A DNA stretch of 64,000 nt, from assembly GCA_964016885.1 (NCBI GenBank), contig OZ024740.1:201252001-201316000 (forward strand), given 5' to 3'. The notes under the pieces are model-generated. The model ran no database searches and was not told the origin of the DNA. It saw nothing but the letters and a program-made list of their open reading frames with translations. Positions 53,479 through 64,000 of this stretch are shown one piece after another. This stretch comes from Eledone cirrhosa (taxonomy: Eukaryota). The position numbers and the translations under genes are program-made. Within the stretch, counting starts at the first letter, position 1, and every line of letters begins with the position of its first letter.

Positions 53479-54191
53479 CTCGTCAGAGCTGCTGTTACTT
53501 TTGTTGTTGCTGCAGGTACTACGACTAGTGCCGCCGCCGCTGTTGCTGTGGTTGTTGTTGTTGTTGCTGCTGCTGCTGTTGTTGTTGCTGTTGCTGCTAA
53601 TGCTGTTGTTGTTTATGCTGCTGCTGCTGCTGTTTCGGCTGCTACCGTTGTTTTCCTTGTCACTGTTGCTGCTGCTGCTGTTATTACGGCTGCTACTGCT
53701 ATTATTCATGACGTCAGACGAATGAAATGGGTTTTCGTATTTCCCGCACACCTTTTTCGTCGTTGTCGTTGTCGTGGAGAAATCTTCCATGTTTTTCACG
53801 TGATTTTGTAAACTAATTTTCTTTACTGGCGTCGCTTGCGAAAGAGAAGGGAGGGAGAGAGACAAATTTAGAGAAGGGAGGGAGAGAGACAATCTTCTCT
53901 CTGATGTAGTGACGATTGAGGAAGAAGTAGACGGAATGAGTGGGGGTGACCTATGAAAATTCTTTTTCGTGGCCATGTTGTTTTTTTGTTTAAAATAAAT
54001 ATTGGGCACAAAACCCCAATAAGCGGTTATTTAACCCCGAAGGGCCAAATAACGGGCAGAAAGACCCCTCTCACGAGGAGGAGGGTGTTTTTGTCTACAA
54101 TTTGGTTAAAGTTTTAAACAATTTACAATTGTTATAGCGGTCAAAATTTACAATACCTTACAGAGCCGAGCCTCCGTCAACCATAGCATTC
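49802..54191 (-). mobile_element. Second Tx1-like family A copy (5' UTR, ORF1, ORF2 up to the YADD motif), decayed
   Basis: Reverse complement closely matches 13081-16803 and retains the EN-RT linker missing from the first copy; 5' end abuts (AAT)n 54192-54247. Confidence 0.92.
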
Positions 54192-54247
<56 letters not shown>

Positions 54248-54497
54248 GGATTTCATTTATTAGCCACAAGGGCCGACATGTAGGGGACAATACAAAGACA
54301 GGGACAGTGGGGGTTTACAATAAGGTCGAGTAAAAGTTCACAATGACGATATAAAAAATATAAAATAAACTATGCATAAATATAACAAAATAAATTCCCC
54401 GATAGGGGGTGGAGGACCCTGGGGTGACCCGGGTACCCCACCAATCCTGAACCACCCTGCGCTTCTAGGGCACCCAGGGAGAGCACCCCTCTCCTCA
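54248..54497 (-). mobile_element. 3' UTR of another Tx1-like family
   Basis: cccctatcggggaattt motif and terminal cccttgtggctaataaatgaaatcc, followed by (TTA)n. Confidence 0.75.
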
Positions 54498-55245
54498 CTT
54501 AAAAAGGCTACAGAAGGAATGCTAATGGCTGCGCAAGTGCAAGACCTCAGTCGAAGTGGGTGAAACACCATATTTACAAGGAGGAGGCTAGCCCACTGTG
54601 TAGGATCTGTGTAGAGAGAGAGCGGACTGTGGCTCACAGTGTATCCGAGTGTAAACACCTAACCCAGACTCACTATAAAGGCTGGAGACATGATGTGATG
54701 GGCAGGGTGATCCACTGGCACCTATTGCAAGTAAACAATTTACCACATTCTGAGAAGTGGTATGAGCATAAGCCAGTGTCGGTGATAGAAAACGATCAGG
54801 TGAAGGTGCTGTGGGATTTTAGGATACAGACGGTCAAGAAAGTGGAACACAATAGACCTGACCTGGTGGTTTTGGACAAGGAAATAATATGATGCCTGAT
54901 TGTGGATGTAGCCTGCCCATTCGACACAAGAGTGCAAGAGAAGGAGAGGGAGAAAATTAACCGATACCAGGACTTAAAGTGGGAGGTAAAAAGGATTTGG
55001 AACTGCCATGAAGTCAAGGTCGTCCCGATTGTCATAGGCGCACTAGGTACTATCTCAAAGAGTTTCCAAGGATGGTTAAAGAAGATTAGTCCAGCCCCGC
55101 TTTTTGGAACACTCCAAAAGGCATGCTTGCTGGGAACAGCAAGAACCCTCCGATACGTCCTGAATATCTGAGGCTGCAGGTAGTGGCTCGATATTCATTT
55201 CAACAAACTTTCCAGTTAAATAACATCAATGACTGAGACTCAAAG
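54498..55245 (+). mobile_element. Dong-like element, right part (RLE + 3' UTR)
   Basis: Repeats 49390-49801 then continues to LRYVLNI* and the 3' UTR; (AAT)n 55246-55312. Confidence 0.9.
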
Positions 55246-55248
55246 AAC

Positions 55249-55312
<64 letters not shown>

Positions 55313-55315
<3 letters not shown>

Positions 55316-58300
55316 TCTTTATTAACCACAAGAGTTTACATAAAGTAGACATTAAGGATAGTACAGGACAATACAGGACGGTACAAATGGGCATTTCTGC
55401 GTGTAAAAAAACAAAAACAGAGGATGTAATAAAAATAACAATGAAAAATTCCCCAATAGGGGGGAACCTCCGAGGGTTACTCGTGGCGAAAACCACACAA
55501 AAGACCACGGCCACCCTGACCACCAGGGCAAGCGCCCTCTCTTAATTTTTCCATCTCTCAAACTACAGACGTATATTCAGAGTGGTCCCGTTCACTTGGA
55601 CCATTCTCGCTACATTCACCCACCTTTCAACAAACTTGCTAGAAGCCAGCACTTGCCTCTCCACCCTGATTTTCCTCTTCAAGTGAAACTTGAAAAAGTT
55701 AATTAGGGATTCGCCGAAGAGGAAAGTGTCTGTCTTTAACCCTTTTAACCTTGTCCACCACACAATCTCTTTCGCCATGGCCACCAGGCAGATGAAAACC
55801 GCCTGCCCTTCCTCCTCAAAGGAAGACGGCGAGACCATCTGCATAATGGACTCAGTCGATAACCGGATCAGTCCTACACGCGACAGCAACTGTTCGACAT
55901 AGCTCCACAAGTCATCAATGCTCGGGCACTGAACGAGTGCGTGCACAATGGTTTCGTCGCTCTGCGCGCATCTCGGACAGGCTCGGCTGACGGCACTTCC
56001 GTGCCTGTAGAGCTTATCTCGAACCGGCAGTGCTCCCCGGTAGCACTGCCAGGCCAGGGATTTTTGGAAGTTATCCATAGGCCTCGGTCTGAAAGTTCTC
56101 CGGAAGGGAGCAAACAGCTGATCTTCTTCGACGCCCAGGATCTCTCCGAGAATGTCGTCGCTCTTCCCCTCCACTAGTCCTCTATAGAACGCCGAGGTGG
56201 ATGTTCCACCGATACTGGTGCCCAGCTGGGAGAGGGCAGTGAGCGTCTGGAGACATTCCAGTTTCCAAGCGCTATCCCTCGGTCTTTTTCTGACCCAGGA
56301 CTGCAGCTCCGTCAAGGAGACGAGCTGTGGGAAAACGTGCCTGGCGAACGGCAACTACACCCGTTCACCATCAAGGAAGCACCAGAGATGTCGCAGCCTC
56401 AGCGCATGTTTGCACATCATCAGCCATGGAATGCCCAGTCCTCCACGCAACGGGTGTTGACAGCAGATGGATCGTCTGACCATGGGAGCGCGTCCCTTCC
56501 ACAAAAAGCGGAAGAGGAGGCGCTCCATTTTAGTGAGAGTTGGGCTGGAGTAAGGGACGACGGTGAGGCGGTAGCAGATGACGGATGCGATGTACGCATT
56601 CGCCACCTCAGCCCGGCCTTTCAGGGACAGCCTCCTCTCAGCCCATTTCTGGGTGAGGGAGGCCACCCTGCTCGTCACCTCGTTCCAGTTTTTCTCCATC
56701 TGGAGGTCCGGTCCGAACCAGACCCCGAGCAATTTAACCGGTCCGTCCGTCCAACGCCCCACGACGCTGTCGGACGGCATGGACTTGCCTCTCCAGGTGC
56801 CGAGCTGCAAGCCCACCGACTTTTCCTGGTTTATATTTGCTCCTGTCACCGCTTCGTATTCCTTGAGAGCGGTGCCGAGCATCTGGACGTGTCTGGTGCT
56901 CGACATCACCACGGTTACGTCGTCAGCGTAAGCCGACTCGTATTTCCCGCATCCTAGTTCGCGTGGGACGCCCCTCATCGCCCCCAGTTTGTGCAGTAAC
57001 GGCTCGAGAGCTAATACGTACAAGAGGTACGGACTGAGCGCATGATGCTGAACGGCTGCGACAGGTGACCGTTCACCCTCACAACTGAGCAGATGTCGCT
57101 GTGCATTGCTGCGATCCAACCCCTGAAAACGGGCCCGAAACCGGCTGCCTCGAGGACCGCCACCAGGGACCGATGGTCGACCCTATCGAATGCTTTGGAT
57201 TGATCCAAGTTGATCAGGGCCCCACCCTTGCCAGGTTCCTTAACCACCCTCTCTATGATGTATCGCATGAGAGGGAGGTTGTCGTGTATGGATCTGTCCG
57301 GAATGGCGCATGTCTGCGCTTCTCCCACCAGACCCTTGACGACAAGCTCCAACCTCGTTGCTAACACCTTGGCCAAAATCTTGAACTCTGCGTTTAGCAG
57401 GGTTATGGGCTTGAAATTATCGATAACATCCCCCTTGTTTGGGTCTTTTCTCAGCAGCGCCACTGCTCCCCGGCTCACAAAACTGGGAATGCTCCCGTTC
57501 TGCTGCCAGTTGCAGTAGACGTCTGCCAAGAGGTCACCGAACAAGTCTGGCATAAATGCATAAAGCTCGTAGGGCAGACCATCTAAACCTGGCGATTTAC
57601 CCCTTGTGCAGTTAGCCATCGCTTCCCGTATTTCACTGGCTGTTATTGGCTTTTCGCAACACTGTGCTGCGGTCGTCGAGAGCTGAGGCAGTCCGTCGAG
57701 GCATGCACTGAAGTCCAAGCCCCGATCCGGGCCGCCGCCGCTCCCGAACGTTTCAGCAAAGTGCTGCAGAAAAGCTTCACACATCCGCTCGGGTTCGAGC
57801 ATCACGCACCCGTTTTGGTCAGACAAAGACCGAATTGTGGCTTTGTTGCCACGTCGCGCCTCTGCCACCCGGGCCCATTGGACGGCTTTTGTCCCCTCGT
57901 GTTTCAGAACACGCGCTCTAGCTCTGACAACGCAGCCTTCGTGTTTTGCGTTGAAGAATTAGTCGAGTGCCAATCTCGCCGCAAGCACGTCGGTTGCGAT
58001 GCCTGTCCTAAACGCCTCTGCTAGCTTTCTGACTAGCTCACCCTCTACTATATTTTCCTCTATCACTACTCCTTTGCTAAACCTAATCGACTCTACTTTA
58101 ATTGCCCTTTTTAGGGCGAACCACCACCTGTTGTTGACGACCGCTCACGTCAACGCCCGCTTAACTAATACGCTAATCCGGTCTCTCTAGGCTTTGCGCG
58201 CCGGGAAAGACGCGTTCAGCTTCCAGTAACCGGGCCCTTGTCTATAAAGTCTGTCTATGTCGATCTCACAGATCACAAATTTGTGGTCTGTGTAGTCGAC

Positions 58301-58387
58301 TATTTTAAATTGTGGACAACCTATACTAACCTTATCTAGTTCTCTGCAGAATACCCTATCGAGATACGATCTGGATGACCAGATGCG
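55313..58387 (-). mobile_element. 5'-truncated Tx1-like LINE (family B)
   Basis: APE C-terminus, GKSPGLDGLPYELY, DQSKAFD, AYADD, CPRC...HALVQC, 3' UTR ending at (ATT)n. Confidence 0.92.
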
Positions 58388-58392
58388 ATAAT

Positions 58393-60050
58393 GATTTCAT
58401 TTATTGGCCACAAGGACCGACATAAAGAGGGCAATACAAAAGACTGGGACAGTGGGGTTTTACAGAAAAATCGAGTAAACAATATGAATAACAGTAACAA
58501 AGTAACAATAACAAAGTAGCAATAAAGTAACAAGAAAATTACAACAAGAAAAAATTCCCCAATAGGGGGTATGACCATCTAGGGTTCGCTCAGGTACCTC
58601 ACCAGTCCTGAACGACCCGACTCTTCGAGAGCACCCTGGAAGGGCACCCTTCTCCATGACCAGAGTAGGCCCACTCACATGTGCCATTCTCGCCACATTC
58701 ACCCACCTTTCAGCAAATGTACTGGGGGGAAGCACTTCTCTCTCCACCCTCACCTTCCTTTCCAAGTGAAACTTGAAAAAGTTGATGAGGGATTGGCCGA
58801 AGAGAAAAGTGTCTGTCTTCAGTCCTTTCAACCTCGTCCACCATACAACCTCTTTCGCTACTGCCACCAGACAGAAGAAAATTGCCTGCCCTTCCTGGCC
58901 AAAAGAAGGCGGCGGGTCGATCTTCACTATGGACTCGGCCGATAGCCGGATCCGTTCTACACGCGACAACAGCTGTTCATCATAACTCCACAAGTCAGTA
59001 ATGCACGGACACTGGACGAGTGCGTGCAGAACGGTTTCGTCGCCCTGTGCGGATCTCGGGCAGGTCCGTCTGACAGCACTTCCGTGCCTGTAGAGTTTAT
59101 CTCGAACCGGCAGTGCCCCCCGGTAGCACTGCCAAGCGAGGGATTTCTGGAAATTATCCATCGTCCCCGGCTCGAAAGTCTTCCGGTACAGACTGGTTAG
59201 TTCGACTTCGTTGACTCCCAGAGCCTCTCCGAGTACGTCATCGCACTTGCCCACCACTAATCTTCTATAGAACTCGAGAGTGGAAGTTCCACTGACCGCA
59301 TTGCCCGCCTGGTAGAGGGCAGTGAGTGCCTGGCAACATTCCAGCATTCCCAGCCCTCCGCGTAGAGGGTGTTGGCAGCAGATGGACCGCCTCACCAACG
59401 GAATTTGTCCCTTCCACAAGAATTTGAAGAGGAGCCGTTCCAACTTGACGAGGCGCGGACGGGGGCAAGGCACAACGGTCAGGCGGTAGTAGATGACGGA
59501 CGCGATGTACGCATTCGCCCCCTCCGCGCGACCTTTCAGTGATAGCTTCCTCCCAGCCCATTTTTGGGTGAGACTGGCTGCTCTGCTCGTTACCTCGTCC
59601 TAATTCTTTTCCACCTGGAGGTCTGGTCTGAACCAAACCCCGAGTAACTTTACCGGTCCATCCGTCCAGCGCCCCACGACGCTGTTGGGTGGCATGGGCT
59701 TGCCTCTCTAGGTTCCGAGCTGCAAGCCCACCGACTTTTCCGGGTTAAGTTTGGCTCCTGTCAACCTTTCATATTCAATAAGGTGCCGACCACCTCGATT
59801 TCTGAGGTGTCCGACACCATCACGGTGATGTCGTCCGCATAAGCCGACACCGCCTTTCCACGTCCGGGTTCGAGCGGGATGCCCTGCAACAGCTCCAGCT
59901 TCCGCAGTAAAGGCTCGAGAGTCAATACGTACAGAAGGGAAGAGAGTGGGCACCCTTGACGGACCGATCGGGAGAGCCGAAATGGTTCCGAGAGGTGGCC
60001 ATTAACCTTGACCAGCGAGCGTGTGCCGCTGTGCATTGCAACGATCCAGC
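58393..60050 (-). mobile_element. 5'-truncated Tx1-like LINE (further family)
   Basis: VRQGCPLS, AYADD, NFQKSLAWQCYRG; terminal ccttgtggccaataaatgaaatc-attat. Confidence 0.9.
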
Positions 60051-60063
60051 TAATAATAATAAT

Positions 60064-60108
60064 GATCTCATTTATTGGCCACAAGGGCCGACATGTAGTG
60101 TACAATAC
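60064..60108 (-). mobile_element. 45-bp Tx1-like 3' terminus between (AAT)n tracts
   Basis: gtattgtacactacatgtcggcccttgtggccaataaatgagatc. Confidence 0.7.
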
Positions 60109-60151
<43 letters not shown>

Positions 60152-60459
60152 TATATATATATATATATATATTCCCCAACGTTTGAAATTTAAAATATTC
60201 CTGTAATCATGATAAACAGCTACAATTCATATATTAACTACAAATGTCAAAATGTTAAACTTCCACTGTTTTTTGGCAAATACTGTATATCTGTTTATTT
60301 AGATTTCAACTCTGTTCACCAGACAGTAAAAGGCTGCTCATGTGGCTTTGGTATAATGGTTACCGCAACTATCCGGCGTACGGTATCTGCGTGATTCGAT
60401 CTTTGCCACTATCTTTGTCCACAATATCTTCTCTCGCCAAAAATATAATTGACCCGGGT

Positions 60460-60897
60460 TATACTGGGTAATTGCTGGCCTTGTGCCTAAAATAGAAACA
60501 GTTATTAGACTATATATAATTCATATATGAATTGTCACAGCTTTAAATAATGGTTTCTTATATAGGCACAAGGCCAGTAATTTTGGGGGAGAGGAAAGTT
60601 GATTAAATCGACCCCAGTCCGTGACTGGTACTTTATTTTATCGACCCCGTAAGGATAAAAAGCAAAGTTAACCTCGGCGGGAAGCAGTTTTAAATAATAT
60701 TATTGATTGGATTGGCAGTATCGGTAGAGGGTCGGACACCATGCTTTCCAGCATAGTTACGTCCCTTTACGATCTGAGTTCAAATCCCGCCGAGGTTAAC
60801 TTTGCCTTTCATCCTTACGGGGTCGGTCGATAAAATAAAGTACCAGTAATGCACTGGGTAATTTCTGGCCTTGTGCCTAAAGTAGAAACAATTATTT
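60460..60897. mobile_element. Cluster of (ATT)n-tailed SINE pieces (60460-60507 +, 60550-60682 -, 60708-60897 +)
   Basis: Family motifs in both orientations. Confidence 0.85.
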
Positions 60898-60910
60898 AAA
60901 CCTTATAGCT

Positions 60911-60959
<49 letters not shown>

Positions 60960-61110
60960 CTAGCTGTTGAAAAGGCAAGTGGTGGTGGTGATGATGATGA
61001 TGCTGATGATGGGTGAGCAGTACTTTAACGAGAGAGAGAGAGAGAGCTCACTGATATCTTACCTGCGAATGTATGTTTGGATCTGTGTGAATGACTGTGT
61101 ATGTACATGT

Positions 61111-61167
<57 letters not shown>

Positions 61168-61710
61168 ACTGCGTGTACATGTAAGTGTGTGTGTGTGTGT
61201 TTTGTATATGTATGTGTAGCAGTTGCACTATCTTATATGTGATATGAGAAAGTACGCTGGTGTCTTATGTGTGTGTGTAGGTACGTGTGTGTGTGTGTAG
61301 GTATGTGGTGTGTGTGTGTGTGTGTCTATTCTGTCTTTTTTCTTTTCCTTATTCTTCTTTTTCTTCCACCTTTTCTTTCTCCTCTTTCTCTGCCTCCTCT
61401 ACTCTTCCATTATACTCCTCCTCCTCCTTCTCCTCTACCCCATCTTTCTCTTCTTTTCTGCTTCTCCCTCTTCCGTCTGCCCTACTCGTCTTTCTTCTTC
61501 TTCTTCTTCTTCTTCTTCTTCTTCTTCTTCTTCTTCTTCTTCTTCTTCTTCTTCTTTTCCCCGTCTTCTTCTTTCCCTTCTTTCCCTTCTTTCCCTTCTT
61601 TCCCTTCTATTTCTTCTTCTTTTCTCTTCTTCTTCTTCATCATTACTTTAGTTATTTTTATTATTCTCATTATTCTCATTATTATAGGTTATTATAGGTT
61701 ATTATAGGTT

Positions 61711-61885
61711 ATTGGCAGTACCGGTAGAGGGTCGGACGCCATGCTTTGACGCATAGAGTTACGGCCCTTGTCATTTCTGAGTTCAAATCCAGCCGAAGTT
61801 TGCCTTTCATCCTTACGGGGTCGATAAAATAAAGTACCAGTAATGCACTGGGCTAATTGCTGACCTTGTGCCAAAAGTTGAAACT
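61711..61885 (+). mobile_element. (ATT)n-tailed SINE
   Basis: A/B boxes, family core, (ATT)n tail. Confidence 0.85.
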
Positions 61886-61914
61886 ATTATTATTATTATT
61901 ATCATCAATCAACA

Positions 61915-63072
61915 ATGTAAAGAACCCCTGAAATGATCGACATCCCAAGCGGCACACTTTTTGTGACAGAAGAGGGCAGATCTTCAAAATGACTTACATG
62001 TGACGCTGTAACCCAATTAAGGGACTTCTACTCGCATCTATTCATAAGGGAGCTAACCTGCCCCCTGCCACTGTTACTGATGGCACAATGACAACGACCG
62101 CATCCCCTACAGCAGGAAACCACACCAGCACTAGTAGTGACAACAAGAAGAGGCTTCAAATGCAATAACATTAAAAACACCAGCAACAGTGACATCACCT
62201 TAGGACATGCTCCTCCCATTTTCGGGCTTTTCGGATATATCAAGCGCGCAAGGAGACAAAGGAGACAAAGGTGTCCCCTAAAAGGAGGGCGAGAAATGGA
62301 AAAAAAACATTCCCACCCAATTGGCCGAAGAAGGCTGAAATCTACAAGTGGCACAACAATACCAACAACAACACCCAAAATACGACCATCAGAAGTAAAG
62401 CGAACAATGACACATCATTAACTACACGACTATAGACACAAACAACAAAAGATTAATGAACCACATGCATTAACACAGAAGATGACGACATCACCTCAAT
62501 AAATAGCAGAACAACACATACACAAATCATCAAAATATCACAAGACATATACACAAGCCTAAAAACAGATATTCGAATGGAAATAAAGATTTCCAAGGAA
62601 ATCATCAAAAGGGCTCTTACAGATATCCTCATGAAAACACCCACAACTAACTGGAGGGATGAATCACCTGTCCTTTCATAGGAATAAGGTAAATGATCCT
62701 TTTCTTCCTATTTATTCGACATAGCTTTATTCAGAATAGACAGCGGGAATACATGTGAACCTGAATGTCCGCAGCACAAGTTTTCGCAACCACCTTCAGC
62801 GGCTCTGAGGTGTACACATCTCCAAGACCCCCGTGATTTGGGAGGTAGAATTGCTGTGTTGTTTTGGAAAAATCTTGAATCGCGATATTGACAATCTTTC
62901 CAAACCCAGAAGGTAAGTCGGTGGTACTGGGTGACCAACAGTGATGTCTATGCCTTCAGACTAGTAGCCGTCTACACTCCGACATTGCCGGAAAGGGCAG
63001 ATTTCTTCAGGCGTCTAGAGACCTTTCTCACATGTATGGTCGACATATATAGGCTTCGTAGGCAGGGACCCA
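61915..63072 (+). mobile_element. Old, heavily decayed Tx1-like LINE (ORF1 end to ORF2 start)
   Basis: AFRLVAVYTPT...DFFRRLETFL matches the APE domain at ~15745-15820; the ORF1-ORF2 junction aaggtaaatgatcctttt resembles 15390-15415. Confidence 0.65.
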
Positions 63073-63074
63073 TA

Positions 63075-63272
63075 GGCAGTATCGGTATGGCGTCGGACAA
63101 CATGTTTGGTGGCACAGAGATACGGCCCTTTACGTTCTGTGTTCAAATCCCACCGAGCTTTGCCTTTCATCCTTACAGGGTCGATAAAATAAAGTTCCAG
63201 TAATGAATTGGGTCGGTTTAGTCGACTTCCACCGCCCTCAAAATTGCTGACCTTGTGCCTAAATCAGAAATA

Positions 63273-63273
<1 letters not shown>
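63075..63273 (+). mobile_element. (ATT/GTT)n-tailed SINE
   Basis: ggcagtatcggt, gttcaaatccc, ttgcctttcatccttacagggtcgataaaat. Confidence 0.8.
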
Positions 63274-63334
<61 letters not shown>

Positions 63335-63377
63335 CATTATTATTTTCTTTTTCATCTACCCGAAAACAAAGTCCTAG

Positions 63378-63718
63378 AACAACAACATCAGTGCAACATC
63401 AGTAACGACAACAACAGCAGCAACAGCAACACCAACAACAGCAACTGCAAAAACATCAACAACAAGAGTAACAACAACAGTAACAACAACAAGAGTAACA
63501 ACAACAACAAGAGTAACAACAACAAGAGTAACAACAATAGTAACAACAACAACAACAGTAACAACAACAACAGTAACAACAACAACAGTAACAACAACAG
63601 TAACAACAACAGTAACAACAACAAGAGTAACAACAACAAGAGTAACAACAACAAGAGTAACAACAACAACAGTAACAACAACAGTAACAACAACAACAGT
63701 AACAACAGTAGCAGTAAT
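63378..63718. repeat. (AAC)n-derived minisatellite with 12-18-nt units (gtaacaacaaca[aga])
   Basis: Directly visible. Confidence 0.9.
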
Positions 63719-64000
63719 ATTGGCTGTGTTGTTCACAATTGTTTTCTTCTTTCCAATAGTCTCCAGTTAGTCAAAACAATAGTAACAACATTGCCAAACT
63801 TTGTACGATTTGTTTGTTTCGCTCGGACAAACTGCCGACATCTTTTATCAACATGAAAAGCTTCTTTCTGCCTAATACTTTTATGTCGAACGTTTTGGTT
63901 GCTGTCCGACCATATCCTGATTTTCATCCTCATCATCTTCTTTTTTTTCTCCTCATCCTCATTGTCATAGTCTTCTTCTTCTTCTTCTTCTTGATGTTGC

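Overview
AT-rich eukaryotic (animal) DNA that is almost entirely repetitive. The SINE families and microsatellite load suggest a cephalopod such as Octopus; this is inference from recalled repeat motifs. No confident host gene was found, only one candidate 141-bp minus-strand exon. The window contains: (i) R4/Dong-clade RLE non-LTR retrotransposons in (TACA)n and (TAA)n tracts; (ii) several Tx1/L1-clade APE-RT LINEs stacked at (TAA)n tracts, including one near full-length two-ORF copy; (iii) CRE-like and RTE-like LINE remnants; (iv) a cluster of Penelope-like (GIY-YIG) fragments and foldbacks in (TA)n tracts, five of which carry minimal hammerhead ribozyme motifs; (v) many tRNA-derived SINEs and a mariner end. 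The most striking observation is a non-coding repeat of about 610 nt, present three times (two copies in tandem). Its minus strand holds all hammerhead core elements with covarying stems, but in a scrambled, non-circularly permuted order, which makes it a candidate retrozyme-like element with a rearranged ribozyme. Most short ORFs in the track are microsatellite artefacts. All RNA structures were paired by eye and are untested.
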